DNA of 63,572 nucleotides, filler included. It is 5 parts of 5 records of this genome, joined end to end, with 100 filler letters (N's around TTAATTAATTAA, not from the genome) between each part and the next. Parts side by side here need not be neighbours in the genome. Positions count along the whole stretch, not along the records: positions 24,040 to 29,581 come from DRR723986_650; positions 29,682 to 37,380 come from DRR723986_657; positions 37,481 to 57,630 come from DRR723986_658; 2 more parts are not named here. One strand, written 5' to 3'. Both the position numbers and the translations under genes were made by a program. The stretch's first letter is position 1, and the number at the start of each line of letters is the position of its first letter. The notes under the pieces were generated by a model, which saw only the letters and a list, made by a program, of their open reading frames with translations, had not been told where the DNA came from and searched no databases. This document shows, piece after piece, positions 26,959 to 37,518 of the stretch.

Positions 26959-28518
26959 TTAACGCACCCACACCTCGACCCGCCGGTTCACTTGCCGGCC
27001 CCAGGCGCTGTCGTCGCAGGCCATTGGCAGTGCCTCGCCAAAGGCATCAACCTGCATCTCGATCCGATCCAGATTGGCGGTTTCCGCTGCCTCTAAAACG
27101 GCACTGCGCACAGCCTGGGCGCGCTGCAGGGCAATTTCACGGTTGGTGCGCGCCGGGCCTTCGCCATCGGAAAACCCCACAAACACCAACCGCCGGGCAT
27201 CGTAAAACCCGGCCTCTAGCGCCTGCGCCAATTGTTGCACGTTCGAGCTGCTTTGCGCATCCAGCCGCGCCGATCCTGCCCCGAAACGAAAGGTGGTGGT
27301 CAACCGTTGCAGTGGCCCCAGCACGGCCAACATGCGCTGCAATTCGGCCAAATCTACCTCGGGCCCGGCCTGCACAATCGCATTGGCCAGGCGCTGGCCC
27401 TGGGCGTTGATGGGTATTTCTTCGGGTGTTTGGTCAACAAAACCGGCCCGCCTGATCACCAATTGCGCCGGGGCACTGCGCAGATAGGTCAAAAAATCGC
27501 GGGCAACCTTTGGCAGGCGGCGCGCGGGCACATATAAAAACATTGGCGTGGTCAGCGGGTAATCTTCGGTTTTCACGCTGCGGCGCGCAGCGCTTATCTG
27601 AAACCCACACGCGCCGGTCAGGGCCAGTGGCTTGGCCTGGCGCAGCGCGGATTGGGCCACCAACCCAATGCCGAACGGGTCGTTCACCACAGCTTGCTCA
27701 AGCGCGCTGTCGCTGTCGCGCCGCTGCACACCGCCATCAACGCTGGCGCCAATCGGGGCAAGTAGCAAATCGTTTGTCGCTTGCCCAAGGCCCGATCTGG
27801 CATCGCGCAGATAGGGTGTGATTTCGGCATCTGGCCCACCCAGCTGTGCCCAGTTTTTCACCTGGCCTGTGAACACACCAGCCAGATCATTGGTGCTGAT
27901 GGCCGCAAGCGGGTTGTCGGGGGCCACAATTGGCACCAAGGCATCCAGCGCCAAAACCCGGGTGCGCCCAGGCAACCGCAGATCACCCAAACCCGCCTCT
28001 GCGGCACGGTTGGCCTCGGGCGGGCGGATTTCACGCAAAGCCATCACAACATCGGCCTCGTTTGCCAGCAAATCGGCAAAGCCCTCGTCGGTGGTTGTGT
28101 TGCGAAAATGAAACCGCGCCACCAGCCGGCCTTCGCTGCGGTTGCGCAATTCATATTGCACCAGCGCCATGTTTTCGCTGACGCGCTGCGCGCGCAAATT
28201 GGCCTTGGCAGCAAAGGATTCCAGCAAAGCCGGCATTAAAACCGTGCCCATATTGGCCGCGCCTGACAGGCGGAAATCGGCCACGAAATCCAACAGATTG
28301 GGGCAGCCCGGCCCCTCGCATAACACGCCCGAGCCATCGACGGTTAATTCGCCATACATGGTTTCTACGCGGTAATAATCGCCATCAAAGCCCAGCAGCG
28401 TGCCGCTGATCTCTACGCTGCGGTCGGGTGAAATAAGCGTGATATCTTGCGCAAACAGCCGCGTAGACAGCACAACAACCCATAGTGCAGTGGCGCACAC
28501 CGCACGAATAACAAACAT
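26959..28518 (-). CDS. PstS-like substrate-binding / OmpA-domain fusion protein
   Basis: Signal peptide; PBP-like LALDALVPIVAPDNP and YPLTTPMFLY; OmpA-C motifs VGFSD, N..IALQRA..V, NRRVEVW. Confidence 0.85.
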   Translation of the reverse strand: MFVIRAVCATALWVVVLSTRLFAQDITLISPDRSVEISGTLLGFDGDYYRVETMYGELTVDGSGVLCEGPGCPNLLDFVADFRLSGAANMGTVLMPALLESFAAKANLRAQRVSENMALVQYELRNRSEGRLVARFHFRNTTTDEGFADLLANEADVVMALREIRPPEANRAAEAGLGDLRLPGRTRVLALDALVPIVAPDNPLAAISTNDLAGVFTGQVKNWAQLGGPDAEITPYLRDARSGLGQATNDLLLAPIGASVDGGVQRRDSDSALEQAVVNDPFGIGLVAQSALRQAKPLALTGACGFQISAARRSVKTEDYPLTTPMFLYVPARRLPKVARDFLTYLRSAPAQLVIRRAGFVDQTPEEIPINAQGQRLANAIVQAGPEVDLAELQRMLAVLGPLQRLTTTFRFGAGSARLDAQSSSNVQQLAQALEAGFYDARRLVFVGFSDGEGPARTNREIALQRAQAVRSAVLEAAETANLDRIEMQVDAFGEALPMACDDSAWGRQVNRRVEVWVR

Positions 28519-28629
28519 ACACAGGCCCCAGGTTGCGGTATTGCTGCGCTAATATCCCGCCCCAAGGGAGGGATTTCAACCGCAGAATTCAACCCAGGCC
28601 TGATTAATCTATCAGGCACAGGCGCCGGT

Positions 28630-29580
28630 TTAGAACTTGCCGTGGCAATGCTTGAATTTCTGGCCCGATCCGCAGGGGCATGGCTCGTTTCGGCCTGGGT
28701 TGCCCCATGTGCTGGGGTCTGCCTCGTCAAAGCCATTTTCCAGCGCAGCGGCTGTTTTTGCCTCGGATTGCTGCGCCAGCTGATCAAGCTGCTGCTGCTG
28801 GGCCTGCTGCTGTGCCACCATCTGGGCAATCATTTCGCGCTGCTCGTCTTCGCTAAGCGGGCGGATCTGCGCCAGTTTCTGGCTGACATCCTGGCGCAAA
28901 CTATCGAGCATGGTTTCAAACAGCTGGAACGCCTCGTTTTTATATTCGTTCAACGGGTCGCGCTGGGCATAGCCGCGGAACCCAACAACCGAGCGCAGAT
29001 GTTCCAGCCGCAGCAAATGTTCGCGCCATTTGCCATCGATGATCTGCAACAACACCTGCTTTTCAATCTGGCGCATGTTTTCAGGGCCAAAGGCCTGCGC
29101 CTTTTCTTGCATCTGCGCCTCGGTGGCGGCTTCGATGCGCTCGATAATGGCGTCGTTGTCCACGCCTTCCTCGGCGGCCCAGTCAACAATCGGCAGATCA
29201 ATGTTCAGCTGCTCGCGGCAGGCGGCCAACAGCCCCTCGGTATCCCATTGGTCGGCATAGGTTTTCGGCGGCATATGGGTTTCGACCATATCATGAATAA
29301 CCTCGGCCCGCATGTCGGCAATAATCTCTGACAGATCGTGGCTTTCCATAATTTCCAAGCGCTGTGCAAAAATCACTTTGCGCTGGTCGTTCATCACATC
29401 GTCGAATTTCAACAGCTGCTTACGAATGTCAAAATTGCGGCCCTCTACCTTGGCCTGCGCGCGTTCCAGCGATTTGTTCACCCAAGGGTGCACAATGGCC
29501 TCGCCTTCCTTCATACCCAGGGTCGACAGCACCTTTTCCAAGCGCTCGCTGCCGAAAATGCGCATCAGGTCATCTTCCAA
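28630..29580 (-). CDS. secA: Preprotein translocase SecA (5'-truncated)
   Basis: [40 protein letters not shown] motif [19 protein letters not shown]. Confidence 0.98.
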   Translation of the reverse strand: MEDDLMRIFGSERLEKVLSTLGMKEGEAIVHPWVNKSLERAQAKVEGRNFDIRKQLLKFDDVMNDQRKVIFAQRLEIMESHDLSEIIADMRAEVIHDMVETHMPPKTYADQWDTEGLLAACREQLNIDLPIVDWAAEEGVDNDAIIERIEAATEAQMQEKAQAFGPENMRQIEKQVLLQIIDGKWREHLLRLEHLRSVVGFRGYAQRDPLNEYKNEAFQLFETMLDSLRQDVSQKLAQIRPLSEDEQREMIAQMVAQQQAQQQQLDQLAQQSEAKTAAALENGFDEADPSTWGNPGRNEPCPCGSGQKFKHCHGKF

Positions 29581-29581
29581 A

Positions 29582-29681
29582 NNNNNNNNNNNNNNNNNNN
29601 NNNNNNNNNNNNNNNNNNNNNNNNNTTAATTAATTAANNNNNNNNNNNNNNNNNNNNNNNNNNNNNNNNNNNNNNNNNNNN
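29582..29681. other. Artificial contig linker
   Basis: N-run with TTAATTAATTAA. Confidence 0.99.
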
Positions 29682-29682
29682 G

Positions 29683-30462
29683 GTGGCCAACGCCAAAAGC
29701 TCGACCGGGCGATTGGATCTGTTGACCCGCACAATCACCGACGGCGGCACCGAATTCGACCGTGTTCCGTCTGGCTACACCGGCCCACTCTTTGCTGAAA
29801 TCTGCCCTCGCTCGTTTTCCGTTCTCGTACGTCCGGGAATGCGACTGAACCAGATTCGGTTCAGACAAGGTCAGGCCGTATTGTCGGATGACGAGTTGAT
29901 CGCGCTGCATAAAGAAACACGGCTCGTCGATGGCGACGCGGTTATTCAGGATGGGCTCGGCTTTTCCGTCGATCTGCAACTGCCCGGAACGGACCTTGTT
30001 GGGTACAGGGCCAAGCCGCACACCGGGGTGATTGATCTGGATCGCATCGGCGAATACGACCCCGCAGATTACTGGGAAGAGGTGCGCACACGGGATGGCT
30101 GCATCATCCTTGATCCCGGCGCGTTCTACATTCTGGTTAGCCGTGAGGCTGTCCATATCCCACCGCTGTATGCCGCTGAAATGGCCCCTTATCTGGCGAT
30201 GGTTGGCGAATTTCGGGTCCATTACGCTGGCTTCTTTGATCCCGGTTTCGGCCATGCCGAAGCCGGTGGCGAAGGATCGCGTGGGGTACTCGAAGTACGC
30301 TGTCACGAGGCCCCATTTGTGTTGGAACATGGCCAAGTGGTCGGGCGTCTTGTTTACGAACGTATGGCTGAAATGCCGACCCAATTGTATGGGGCTGGCA
30401 TCGCGTCAAACTATCAGGGGCAAGGCCTGAAGTTGTCAAAACACTTCAAAACCCCGACCTAA
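29683..30462 (+). CDS. dcd: dCTP deaminase, alphaproteobacterial long form (5'-truncated)
   Basis: ANAKSSTGRLD, FRVHYAGFFDPGFG, SNYQGQGLKLSKHF. Confidence 0.92.
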   Translation: MANAKSSTGRLDLLTRTITDGGTEFDRVPSGYTGPLFAEICPRSFSVLVRPGMRLNQIRFRQGQAVLSDDELIALHKETRLVDGDAVIQDGLGFSVDLQLPGTDLVGYRAKPHTGVIDLDRIGEYDPADYWEEVRTRDGCIILDPGAFYILVSREAVHIPPLYAAEMAPYLAMVGEFRVHYAGFFDPGFGHAEAGGEGSRGVLEVRCHEAPFVLEHGQVVGRLVYERMAEMPTQLYGAGIASNYQGQGLKLSKHFKTPT

Positions 30463-30468
30463 CCGCTT

Positions 30469-30999
30469 TTATTTAATAACAGAACGGCTTTCGAGATCAT
30501 CGCTGATCTCAGCCTGAACGCTGCGCTCTAGATGGGTGGACAGCGACACAAAGGTGCGCGTGCCTCGGACCCCTTCGACATCATAGATCTGCGCCAGCAA
30601 CCCCTCCAACGCTAAGGGCGAGGCAACCCGGACCTTGATGATCAGACAGGTATCGCCGGTTACCCCATGGATCTCTTCGACCTCGGGGCGATCTTCCAAC
30701 GCGAGCATCGCGCGGGTTTTGCCCCATCCGGTCGTATCCACATGAATGAACCCCAACAATGGTTTGCCAACAGCGGCCCCATCCAACTGCGCGACTGTCG
30801 ACTTAATCACCCCACTGGATCGCAACCGTTTGACCCGCTCATGCACCGCCGGAGCGGACAGCCCTACCTCCCGGCTGATTGCGGCATAGCTTTGTGTTGC
30901 GTCCTGGCTCAGCGTGCCTAATATCTTTCGGTCCAAATCATCCAATGGCCGCCCAGCACCGGGTGATTTCCGAAGATCCTCTGGTTTTGCCACAGCCAT
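30469..30999 (-). CDS. Lrp/AsnC family regulator
   Basis: LDDLDRKIL..L..DA..S...I...VGLS.PAV.ERVKRL; ATG at 30999. Confidence 0.92.
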   Translation of the reverse strand: MAVAKPEDLRKSPGAGRPLDDLDRKILGTLSQDATQSYAAISREVGLSAPAVHERVKRLRSSGVIKSTVAQLDGAAVGKPLLGFIHVDTTGWGKTRAMLALEDRPEVEEIHGVTGDTCLIIKVRVASPLALEGLLAQIYDVEGVRGTRTFVSLSTHLERSVQAEISDDLESRSVIK

Positions 31000-31071
31000 A
31001 TCGTTTTCCTTTTGCCGTACCTCATTCCAAGGAATAGCACGAACACCGAACAACATTCATGGATATTGCAC

Positions 31072-32226
31072 ATGTGGGCGCCGATTCTCATTCTACTCAG
31101 TTCAATCGGCATCATTGGTGCAAATTCGCTGCTGCTTGCGCCGATTGTCTCTGCCGTGGGTCAAACGCTGGGCGTTCCTGCAGCCCAGGTCATGCATGCA
31201 GCCAGCGCCTATGGGCTTGGCACCGCATTCGCCGCACTGACCCTTGCCCCCCTGTCTGATCGCTATGGTGCGGGCCGTATGCTGCGCGTAGCCCTGATTG
31301 GGTTGGCGCTCGGGTTGGCGGCAAGCGCATGGGCCCCGACCCTGTTTGCCTTGATCATTGCGCAGGCGCTTTGCGGTATCGCGTCGGGAATCGCCCTGCC
31401 CGCCATCTATGCCCTACCCTCGTCAATCGCCCCCGCAGGGCGCGAGGCGCAGGTAACAGGAGCGGTCCTAACGGGTTGGACAGTTTCGCTGGTGCTTGGC
31501 GTCAGTGTCTCGGCCTATGCAACCGATCTGGTTGGATGGCGCGCCGTTTATGCGGTTTTGACTGCTGCAGCCGCCCTGCTGTGGGTGCTGTCCGCACCCC
31601 TGCGCTGCATGGGCGCTGGCAGTGGGCGGTTAACATCGCCGCTCAGCGCGATGCGAGTGCCCGGTCTGAGACGGGCATTAACGGCTGTATCCCTGATCAT
31701 GACAGCCTTTTACACGTCGTATTTCTTCATGGGCATTCATGTGACCGAAGTTCTGAACGGGACCAGCGCAATGGCGGGCGCAATTTCGCTCAGTTATGGA
31801 ATTGGCTTCGGGCTGGCAGTGTTGGTGGATCCAATCCTCGATCGGGTGGGCCTAGCGCGCGCAACCGCCCCGCTGTTTGCTATGGTCGCGGTCAGCTATG
31901 GCTTGATGGCCTTGGCGTCACATAGCTATTTTGGATTGGTCGGTTTTGCGTTTTTATGGGGCATTGGCCAACACCTTGCGCTGAACCTTGTGGTGGCGCG
32001 ACTGACAGCGCTGGACCCGGTGCAACGCGGCGCGATCATGGGGTTGAACAGCACAGTCACCTATCTGTGCGTGTTCCTATCCCCGTTCATCGGATCCATG
32101 CTGTTTTCTCAGTTTGGGCTCATCGGGTGTTTGACAGCCTCGGCTCTGTTTTGCCTGATCGAAGCGATCGAAGCCCTGAGCCTGCGCCGGTCAGTTACAT
32201 CCGGGTCGACTGTTGTGCAGCCCTAG
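31072..32226 (+). CDS. MFS transporter
   Basis: About 12 hydrophobic helices, motif A-like PLSDRYGAG, RGAIMGLNS; divergent from Lrp. Confidence 0.88.
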   Translation: MWAPILILLSSIGIIGANSLLLAPIVSAVGQTLGVPAAQVMHAASAYGLGTAFAALTLAPLSDRYGAGRMLRVALIGLALGLAASAWAPTLFALIIAQALCGIASGIALPAIYALPSSIAPAGREAQVTGAVLTGWTVSLVLGVSVSAYATDLVGWRAVYAVLTAAAALLWVLSAPLRCMGAGSGRLTSPLSAMRVPGLRRALTAVSLIMTAFYTSYFFMGIHVTEVLNGTSAMAGAISLSYGIGFGLAVLVDPILDRVGLARATAPLFAMVAVSYGLMALASHSYFGLVGFAFLWGIGQHLALNLVVARLTALDPVQRGAIMGLNSTVTYLCVFLSPFIGSMLFSQFGLIGCLTASALFCLIEAIEALSLRRSVTSGSTVVQP

Positions 32227-32449
32227 CCGCCCGGCGGGCTTGGCGCATTTCACGCTTTGCCAACCGCTCGGCAGAGGGTTGTTGCTGGGGCGCAGATTTG
32301 ATGCCCAGTTCAGAATCCATATCCTGATGGGATTTGCTTTTACGCTGCCCCCGGTTTGAAACCGCATCCATACCGGCGTTGATACCCGAATTGACCAACC
32401 GCCGCATGACGGTGCGGATGATCATGTTGATGACTTGATTCATGTTCAT
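32195..32449 (-). CDS. Small hypothetical protein
   Basis: MNMNQVINMIIR..MRRLVNSGINAG N-terminus and basic C-terminus; RBS-like AGGA upstream. Confidence 0.65.
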   Translation of the reverse strand: MNMNQVINMIIRTVMRRLVNSGINAGMDAVSNRGQRKSKSHQDMDSELGIKSAPQQQPSAERLAKREMRQARRAARAAQQSTRM

Positions 32450-32530
32450 GTCAGATGTCCTGTGTCGCTGCCCGAACCACTTGTGGTCTATAAAATAGTG
32501 TGAAAATGCGCCGTTTTGAGGGCATTTACA

Positions 32531-33175
32531 TTAAGGATCTTCGAAAAGTTCGCTCTGCTCGTCATCCTCATCGTCGTCATCCCGCGCTGTTCCCAAAGGG
32601 AACATCCCCGGCGGCGGCCTGTTTTCCAACAATCCTGCGGCGCGCAGTTCTTTCAGCCCCGGCAGGTCACGTGCGCTTTCCAACCCGAAATGATCCAAGA
32701 ACTGGGATGTCACAACAAAGGTCACGGGACGCCCCGGAGTCATACGCCGTCGACCAAGACGAATCCACTCCATCTCCAAAAGTTGATCGATCGTGCCCCG
32801 CGACACCGATACGCCGCGAATTTCTTCGATTTCGGCCCGTGTGGTGGGTTGATGATAGGCGATGATCGCCAAGGTTTCGATGGCAGCACGGCTGAGCTTG
32901 CGCTGCTCAACCGTTTCTTTTTGCATCAGAAACCCTAGATCAGGCGCGGTGCGCATGGCCCACGTATCGCCAATGCGCACAACCCGCACCCCGCGCCCCT
33001 CATATCGGGTTCGCAGGTGCGCTAGTGCTTCGGGCACATTGCACCCATGGGGCATGCGTTGTTCCAGCTCTTTGACCGTCACCGCCTCGGCGCTGGCAAA
33101 GAGAACCGCTTCGACCATGCGTTCCTGTTCGGCCATTGGGGGCGCTTCAAACAGGCTTTCTCCGGTGTCACTCAC
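32531..33175 (-). CDS. scpB: SMC-Scp complex subunit ScpB
   Basis: VEAVLFAS, LSRAAIETLAIIAYHQP.TRAEIEEIRGV, FLDHFGL. Confidence 0.97.
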   Translation of the reverse strand: MSDTGESLFEAPPMAEQERMVEAVLFASAEAVTVKELEQRMPHGCNVPEALAHLRTRYEGRGVRVVRIGDTWAMRTAPDLGFLMQKETVEQRKLSRAAIETLAIIAYHQPTTRAEIEEIRGVSVSRGTIDQLLEMEWIRLGRRRMTPGRPVTFVVTSQFLDHFGLESARDLPGLKELRAAGLLENRPPPGMFPLGTARDDDDEDDEQSELFEDP

Positions 33176-33962
33176 GCTTATGTTCCCTCTTACGCAGATG
33201 GATTGGGGAAAAGCTCTCGGTCTGTTTGATCTCTAAATGACCCTCTTTCACCAACTCGAGCGAGGCGGCAAAGGTGGCCGCCGTGGCTGACCGGCGCCGC
33301 GTTGGATCGCCATTCCACCCCTCGGGTAAATAGCTGATCATGTCTGTCCAGGCGCCAGCAAAGCCGATAAGACCCCGCATCCGTTCCAATGCCTCTTCCA
33401 TGGTGAACACTGAATCCCGATCCATCACAAAGGGGCGGAATTCATCCCGCGTTCGGATACGGGCATAGCCCTGCATCAGCTCCAACAGAGTCGCTGAATA
33501 AGTCACGGTTCGGATCTTGGTTATATCTTCGCCCTGACCACGCGCAAAAAAATCGCGCCCCAGCTGATCACGGGCCATCAAACGTGCCGCAGAATCCCGC
33601 ATTGCCTGCAAACGTTCCAACTGAAACGCCAGATGCGCTGCCAATTCAGCACCGGTCGGTCCCTCTTCGCTGGGGTCTGGTGGCAAAAGCAGGCGTGATT
33701 TAAGAAATGCAAGCCAGGCTGCCATCACCAGATAATCCGCCGCCAGCTCGATCCGCAACGCCTTGGCCTGTTCGACAAAGGCGAGATATTGGCGCGCCAA
33801 ATCCAACACTGAAATCCGACGCAGATCGACCTTTTGGGTGCGCGACAAGGACAGCAGCACATCCAACGGGCCCTCAAACCCGTCCACATCCACAATCAAC
33901 GCTTCGGCCGCCAATCGTTCAGCGACCGAGACCTGATCGTCGGAAAAAAGGTTATCCGTCAT
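33168..33962 (-). CDS. scpA: Segregation/condensation protein ScpA
   Basis: FEGPLDVLL.L, AADYLVMAAWL..LKSRLLLP, FAASLELVK.G. Confidence 0.96.
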   Translation of the reverse strand: MTDNLFSDDQVSVAERLAAEALIVDVDGFEGPLDVLLSLSRTQKVDLRRISVLDLARQYLAFVEQAKALRIELAADYLVMAAWLAFLKSRLLLPPDPSEEGPTGAELAAHLAFQLERLQAMRDSAARLMARDQLGRDFFARGQGEDITKIRTVTYSATLLELMQGYARIRTRDEFRPFVMDRDSVFTMEEALERMRGLIGFAGAWTDMISYLPEGWNGDPTRRRSATAATFAASLELVKEGHLEIKQTESFSPIHLRKREHKRE

Positions 33963-34959
33963 ACACCTGCCCGCCCATAAGGCGAGATAGTTCCGCTTCG
34001 GCGGCCACTGTGTCAAGGTTTTCGGGTGCTACCCGGGCCGCGATGGCCCGTTCTGCCCGCGCCTGTGCCGCATCTGTCATGACACCCGCAGCCTCAGCAA
34101 CCTCGGCGCGCTCAGACAAAGTACCGTTGCAATGCAGGATCACATCGCAGCCTGCGTCGATCGCTTGGCGGGACAAGTCCCCCAACGACCCACTCAGCGC
34201 CTTCATCGAGATGTCATCGGTCATGATCAAGCCGTCAAAGCCGATATTGTCCCGAATCACGTCCATCATCGGCTTCGAAATCGTGGCCGGCGCCGCATCA
34301 ATCTGATCATAGACCAGATGCGCGGTCATCCCCAACGGCAGATCATTCAACGCCCGGAACGGCGCAAAATCAGTATCTTCAAGATCTTCCAGATCCGCCG
34401 CTACATGGGGCAAATCAAAATGGCTGTCTTGGGTCGCGCGCCCATGGCCCGGAATGTGTTTCACAATTGGCAACACGCCGCCGTCCAAATGCCCCTGCGC
34501 AACGGCACGCCCCAGTCGGGATACGATATCCGCCGTGTCGCCGTAACAGCGGTTGCGCAAAAACGCGTGGGTTTCGGGCTGCGCAACGTCCACCATGGGG
34601 GCGCAATTGCTATCAATACCCAAGGCGTGCAGTTCATGCGCTATCAAACGATACCGCAGATACATCGCGCGTTCGGCGTGTTCCCCTGCTTGTGCGGCAT
34701 GATCCAACGGGGATTTCCACACCCGCGCCAATGGAGCCCGCAGGCGTTGCACACGCCCGCCTTCTTGGTCGATTGTAATCGGACAGTGCCAGCCAACCGC
34801 CTCGCGAAAATCACCACACAACGCACGGATTTGATCCGCTGTCTCAATGTTGCGCGCAAACAAAATGAACCCAAACGGGTTCATTTCGCGAAACAACGCC
34901 TTTTCGTCAGATGTCAGCCGAAACCCATCTGCATCCAGAATGGAGGCCCCAAAATTCAT
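33952..34959 (-). CDS. nagZ: Beta-N-acetylhexosaminidase (GH3)
   Basis: ILFARN, IDQEGGRVQRL, KHIPGHG....DSH, MTAH, MTDDISM. Confidence 0.95.
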   Translation of the reverse strand: MNFGASILDADGFRLTSDEKALFREMNPFGFILFARNIETADQIRALCGDFREAVGWHCPITIDQEGGRVQRLRAPLARVWKSPLDHAAQAGEHAERAMYLRYRLIAHELHALGIDSNCAPMVDVAQPETHAFLRNRCYGDTADIVSRLGRAVAQGHLDGGVLPIVKHIPGHGRATQDSHFDLPHVAADLEDLEDTDFAPFRALNDLPLGMTAHLVYDQIDAAPATISKPMMDVIRDNIGFDGLIMTDDISMKALSGSLGDLSRQAIDAGCDVILHCNGTLSERAEVAEAAGVMTDAAQARAERAIAARVAPENLDTVAAEAELSRLMGGQVYDG

Positions 34960-36032
34960 CGTGTCGTAACCGGAATACAATCCGCTTTTTCAGCAACCAG
35001 CGCGGAACAGAACCGGCGCGCATCGCTCAATCCGCTGAATCCCATGGCCCGCAGGCGATAAAAAGTACGTCCGCCGCTAGAGGCCTTTTGCACCACACGC
35101 TTTTTGCCATCCATGTAATCGCCAAACCGGGCATTGAGCCGGTCCCACTCCGCGCGGGCAATTTCAGGGCTGTCATAGGCCCCAAGCTGCGCCAATCGCG
35201 TGCCAACCGGCAGGCTTTCGGCATCGATATCTAGGTTGGCCGCCGTAGCTACAGCAGAATTGATCGCTTCGTTCAACGTGGATGAACTGACCGAAGCCTG
35301 TACCACACGGACCGGACGGACGCGCGGGCGCAAGGATCGCTGCACACCCGGCTCATCCAGCAACGCAATCGCGGGCTGTTGCGCCACAAGATCCGCCGGA
35401 TCAATCGCCGCCAACGGTTCTGGCTGCACAATTCCCACGGCCTGTGTCTCGGGCAAAGCCGCATCAATCACAGACAAAGGCTCAACTCCATCCGTCAGCT
35501 CGGCGACCAATTCATCGACTGACCCATTGCGAAATGCGTCCAGCGCATTTTCACCAACTTCGTTCAGCGCAACCTGCGTGGTCGCGAGTTGCCCCATTGG
35601 CGCATCTTCTTCGGCCAGTGACACCGGCCGTGGGGCCAGCATCAACCGGTCAGCGGGTGCCGCCGCAGTGCCTTGCGCGGCAACATTGTTCACTGCCAGA
35701 CCTTGATGGTCCGCAGGCGTGCCACCGGGTTTTTCAGGCTGAATGCGCATCGGACCTTCGATCGCGCGCACAACAGGGACACCGCTGACGTCACGCGCCA
35801 CCAGTTTGAACCCCCAAATGCCAATGCCAACAACCAGCGCGAGCGACCCAACCGCCCCCAACAGGGTGACCATACGGCTTGTAGCAAAGCCGGATGTCGC
35901 GGGACCGTCATAGCCCGCCCCATCGTGATTATCGGTTTCATAAAGAGGCTCAGGCGCCCCTTGTGGGGGCATCTGATAGGTATAATGCACCTGTTGCGGA
36001 GCAACCTGCCCCGTGTAGTCAAAACTCGCCAT
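34956..36032 (-). CDS. SPOR domain cell-division protein
   Basis: Single TM helix and C-terminal SPOR (AQLGAYDS, TFYRLRA, FCSAL.....DC); lies between argS and nagZ. Confidence 0.88.
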   Translation of the reverse strand: MASFDYTGQVAPQQVHYTYQMPPQGAPEPLYETDNHDGAGYDGPATSGFATSRMVTLLGAVGSLALVVGIGIWGFKLVARDVSGVPVVRAIEGPMRIQPEKPGGTPADHQGLAVNNVAAQGTAAAPADRLMLAPRPVSLAEEDAPMGQLATTQVALNEVGENALDAFRNGSVDELVAELTDGVEPLSVIDAALPETQAVGIVQPEPLAAIDPADLVAQQPAIALLDEPGVQRSLRPRVRPVRVVQASVSSSTLNEAINSAVATAANLDIDAESLPVGTRLAQLGAYDSPEIARAEWDRLNARFGDYMDGKKRVVQKASSGGRTFYRLRAMGFSGLSDARRFCSALVAEKADCIPVTTR

Positions 36033-36113
36033 GTCCGCCTCACTGCCCTCGTGCGTCAATGCGCCAAGGTTGTCTTATGTCTGCCTCAGACCGGCGGTTT
36101 CGGGCGGTTTATA

Positions 36114-37380
36114 TTACCGCATCTCCTGCGCCGGATTGACCCCTAGAATACCAAGACCCGCAGAAATAACAACGGCTACAGACTGTGCCAGTGCCATTTT
36201 TGCCTGACTTGTGGCCGCATCGCCATCCTGGATGAATCGCAGCTCGGTCAATTCGTTGCCCCGATTCCACAAAGCGTGAAAATCTCCTGCCAATTCATAT
36301 AGATAGAAGGCAACTCTATGGGGTTCATTGGTCCGTGCAGCGGTTTCAACCAAGCGTGGCCATTCTGCCAGTTTCTTGGCCACAGCCAGTTCGGCCTCGT
36401 GATCAACCTTGCTCAGATCCGCCGCTTTCAACGTCGCCTCATCCGCGGCAATCCCGGCTTCTGCGGCGCGGCGCAGAACGCTCATGACGCGTGCGTGGGC
36501 ATACTGAACATAGAACACGGGGTTCTCGCGGCTCTGCTCTAGCACCTTGTCGAAATCAAAGTCGAGCGAGGCATCGTTCTTGCGGGTCAGCATTACAAAA
36601 CGGGTCACATCAGGACCAACCTGATCCACCACATCGCGCAGGGTAATGAACGTCCCTGCCCGCTTGGACATTTTGAACGGTTCGCCATCTTTCCACAGCT
36701 TCACCAGCTGGGTCAGCTTGATATCCAGCGGCACGGTGCCCCCGGACAGAGCCGAAACCGCCGCCTTCATCCGTTTGACGTATCCGCCATGATCCGCCCC
36801 AAACACATCGATCAGTTCATCAAAGCCACGGCTGACCTTGTCGTAGTGATACGCGATATCCGGAGCGAAGTAGGTCCAGCCGCCGTCAGATTTTTTAACC
36901 GGACGGTCCACGTCATCGCCATGTTCGGTCGATTTGAACAAAGTCTGCTCGCGGGGTTCCCAATCTTCGGGCTTTTTGCCTTTCGGGGGCTCAAGCACGC
37001 CTTCATAGATTAGCCCCTTGTCATCCAACGACTTCAGCGCCGCCTCGATCAGCCCCGTCCCATAGAGCGATTTTTCCGAGAAGAACTTGTCCATCTTGAT
37101 GCCCAGCTGGGCCAGATCAGCGCGGATCAGGTCCATCATCGCCTCAGTTGCGTATTCACGCACATCCGCCAGCCAGACACTTTCTGGCTGATCAAGATAA
37201 GCATCACCCACCTTGTCTTTCAGCGCTTGACCCACGGGTACAAGGTAATCACCGGGATAGGTTCCATCGACAAACGCAACCTCTTGGCCGTGCGCTTCGA
37301 GATAGCGCAGATATACAGACCGTGCCAAAACATCGACCTGTGCGCCGCCATCGTTGATGTAATATTCGCGGGTGACGTCA
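36114..37380 (-). CDS. argS: Arginine--tRNA ligase (5'-truncated)
   Basis: [41 protein letters not shown]. Confidence 0.98.
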
Positions 37381-37480
37381 NNNNNNNNNNNNNNNNNNNN
37401 NNNNNNNNNNNNNNNNNNNNNNNNTTAATTAATTAANNNNNNNNNNNNNNNNNNNNNNNNNNNNNNNNNNNNNNNNNNNN
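37381..37480. other. Artificial contig linker
   Basis: N-run with TTAATTAATTAA. Confidence 0.99.
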
Positions 37481-37518
37481 CGGCAAGCTCTGGTCGCCGA
37501 TCGCGTGAGGATAGACAG

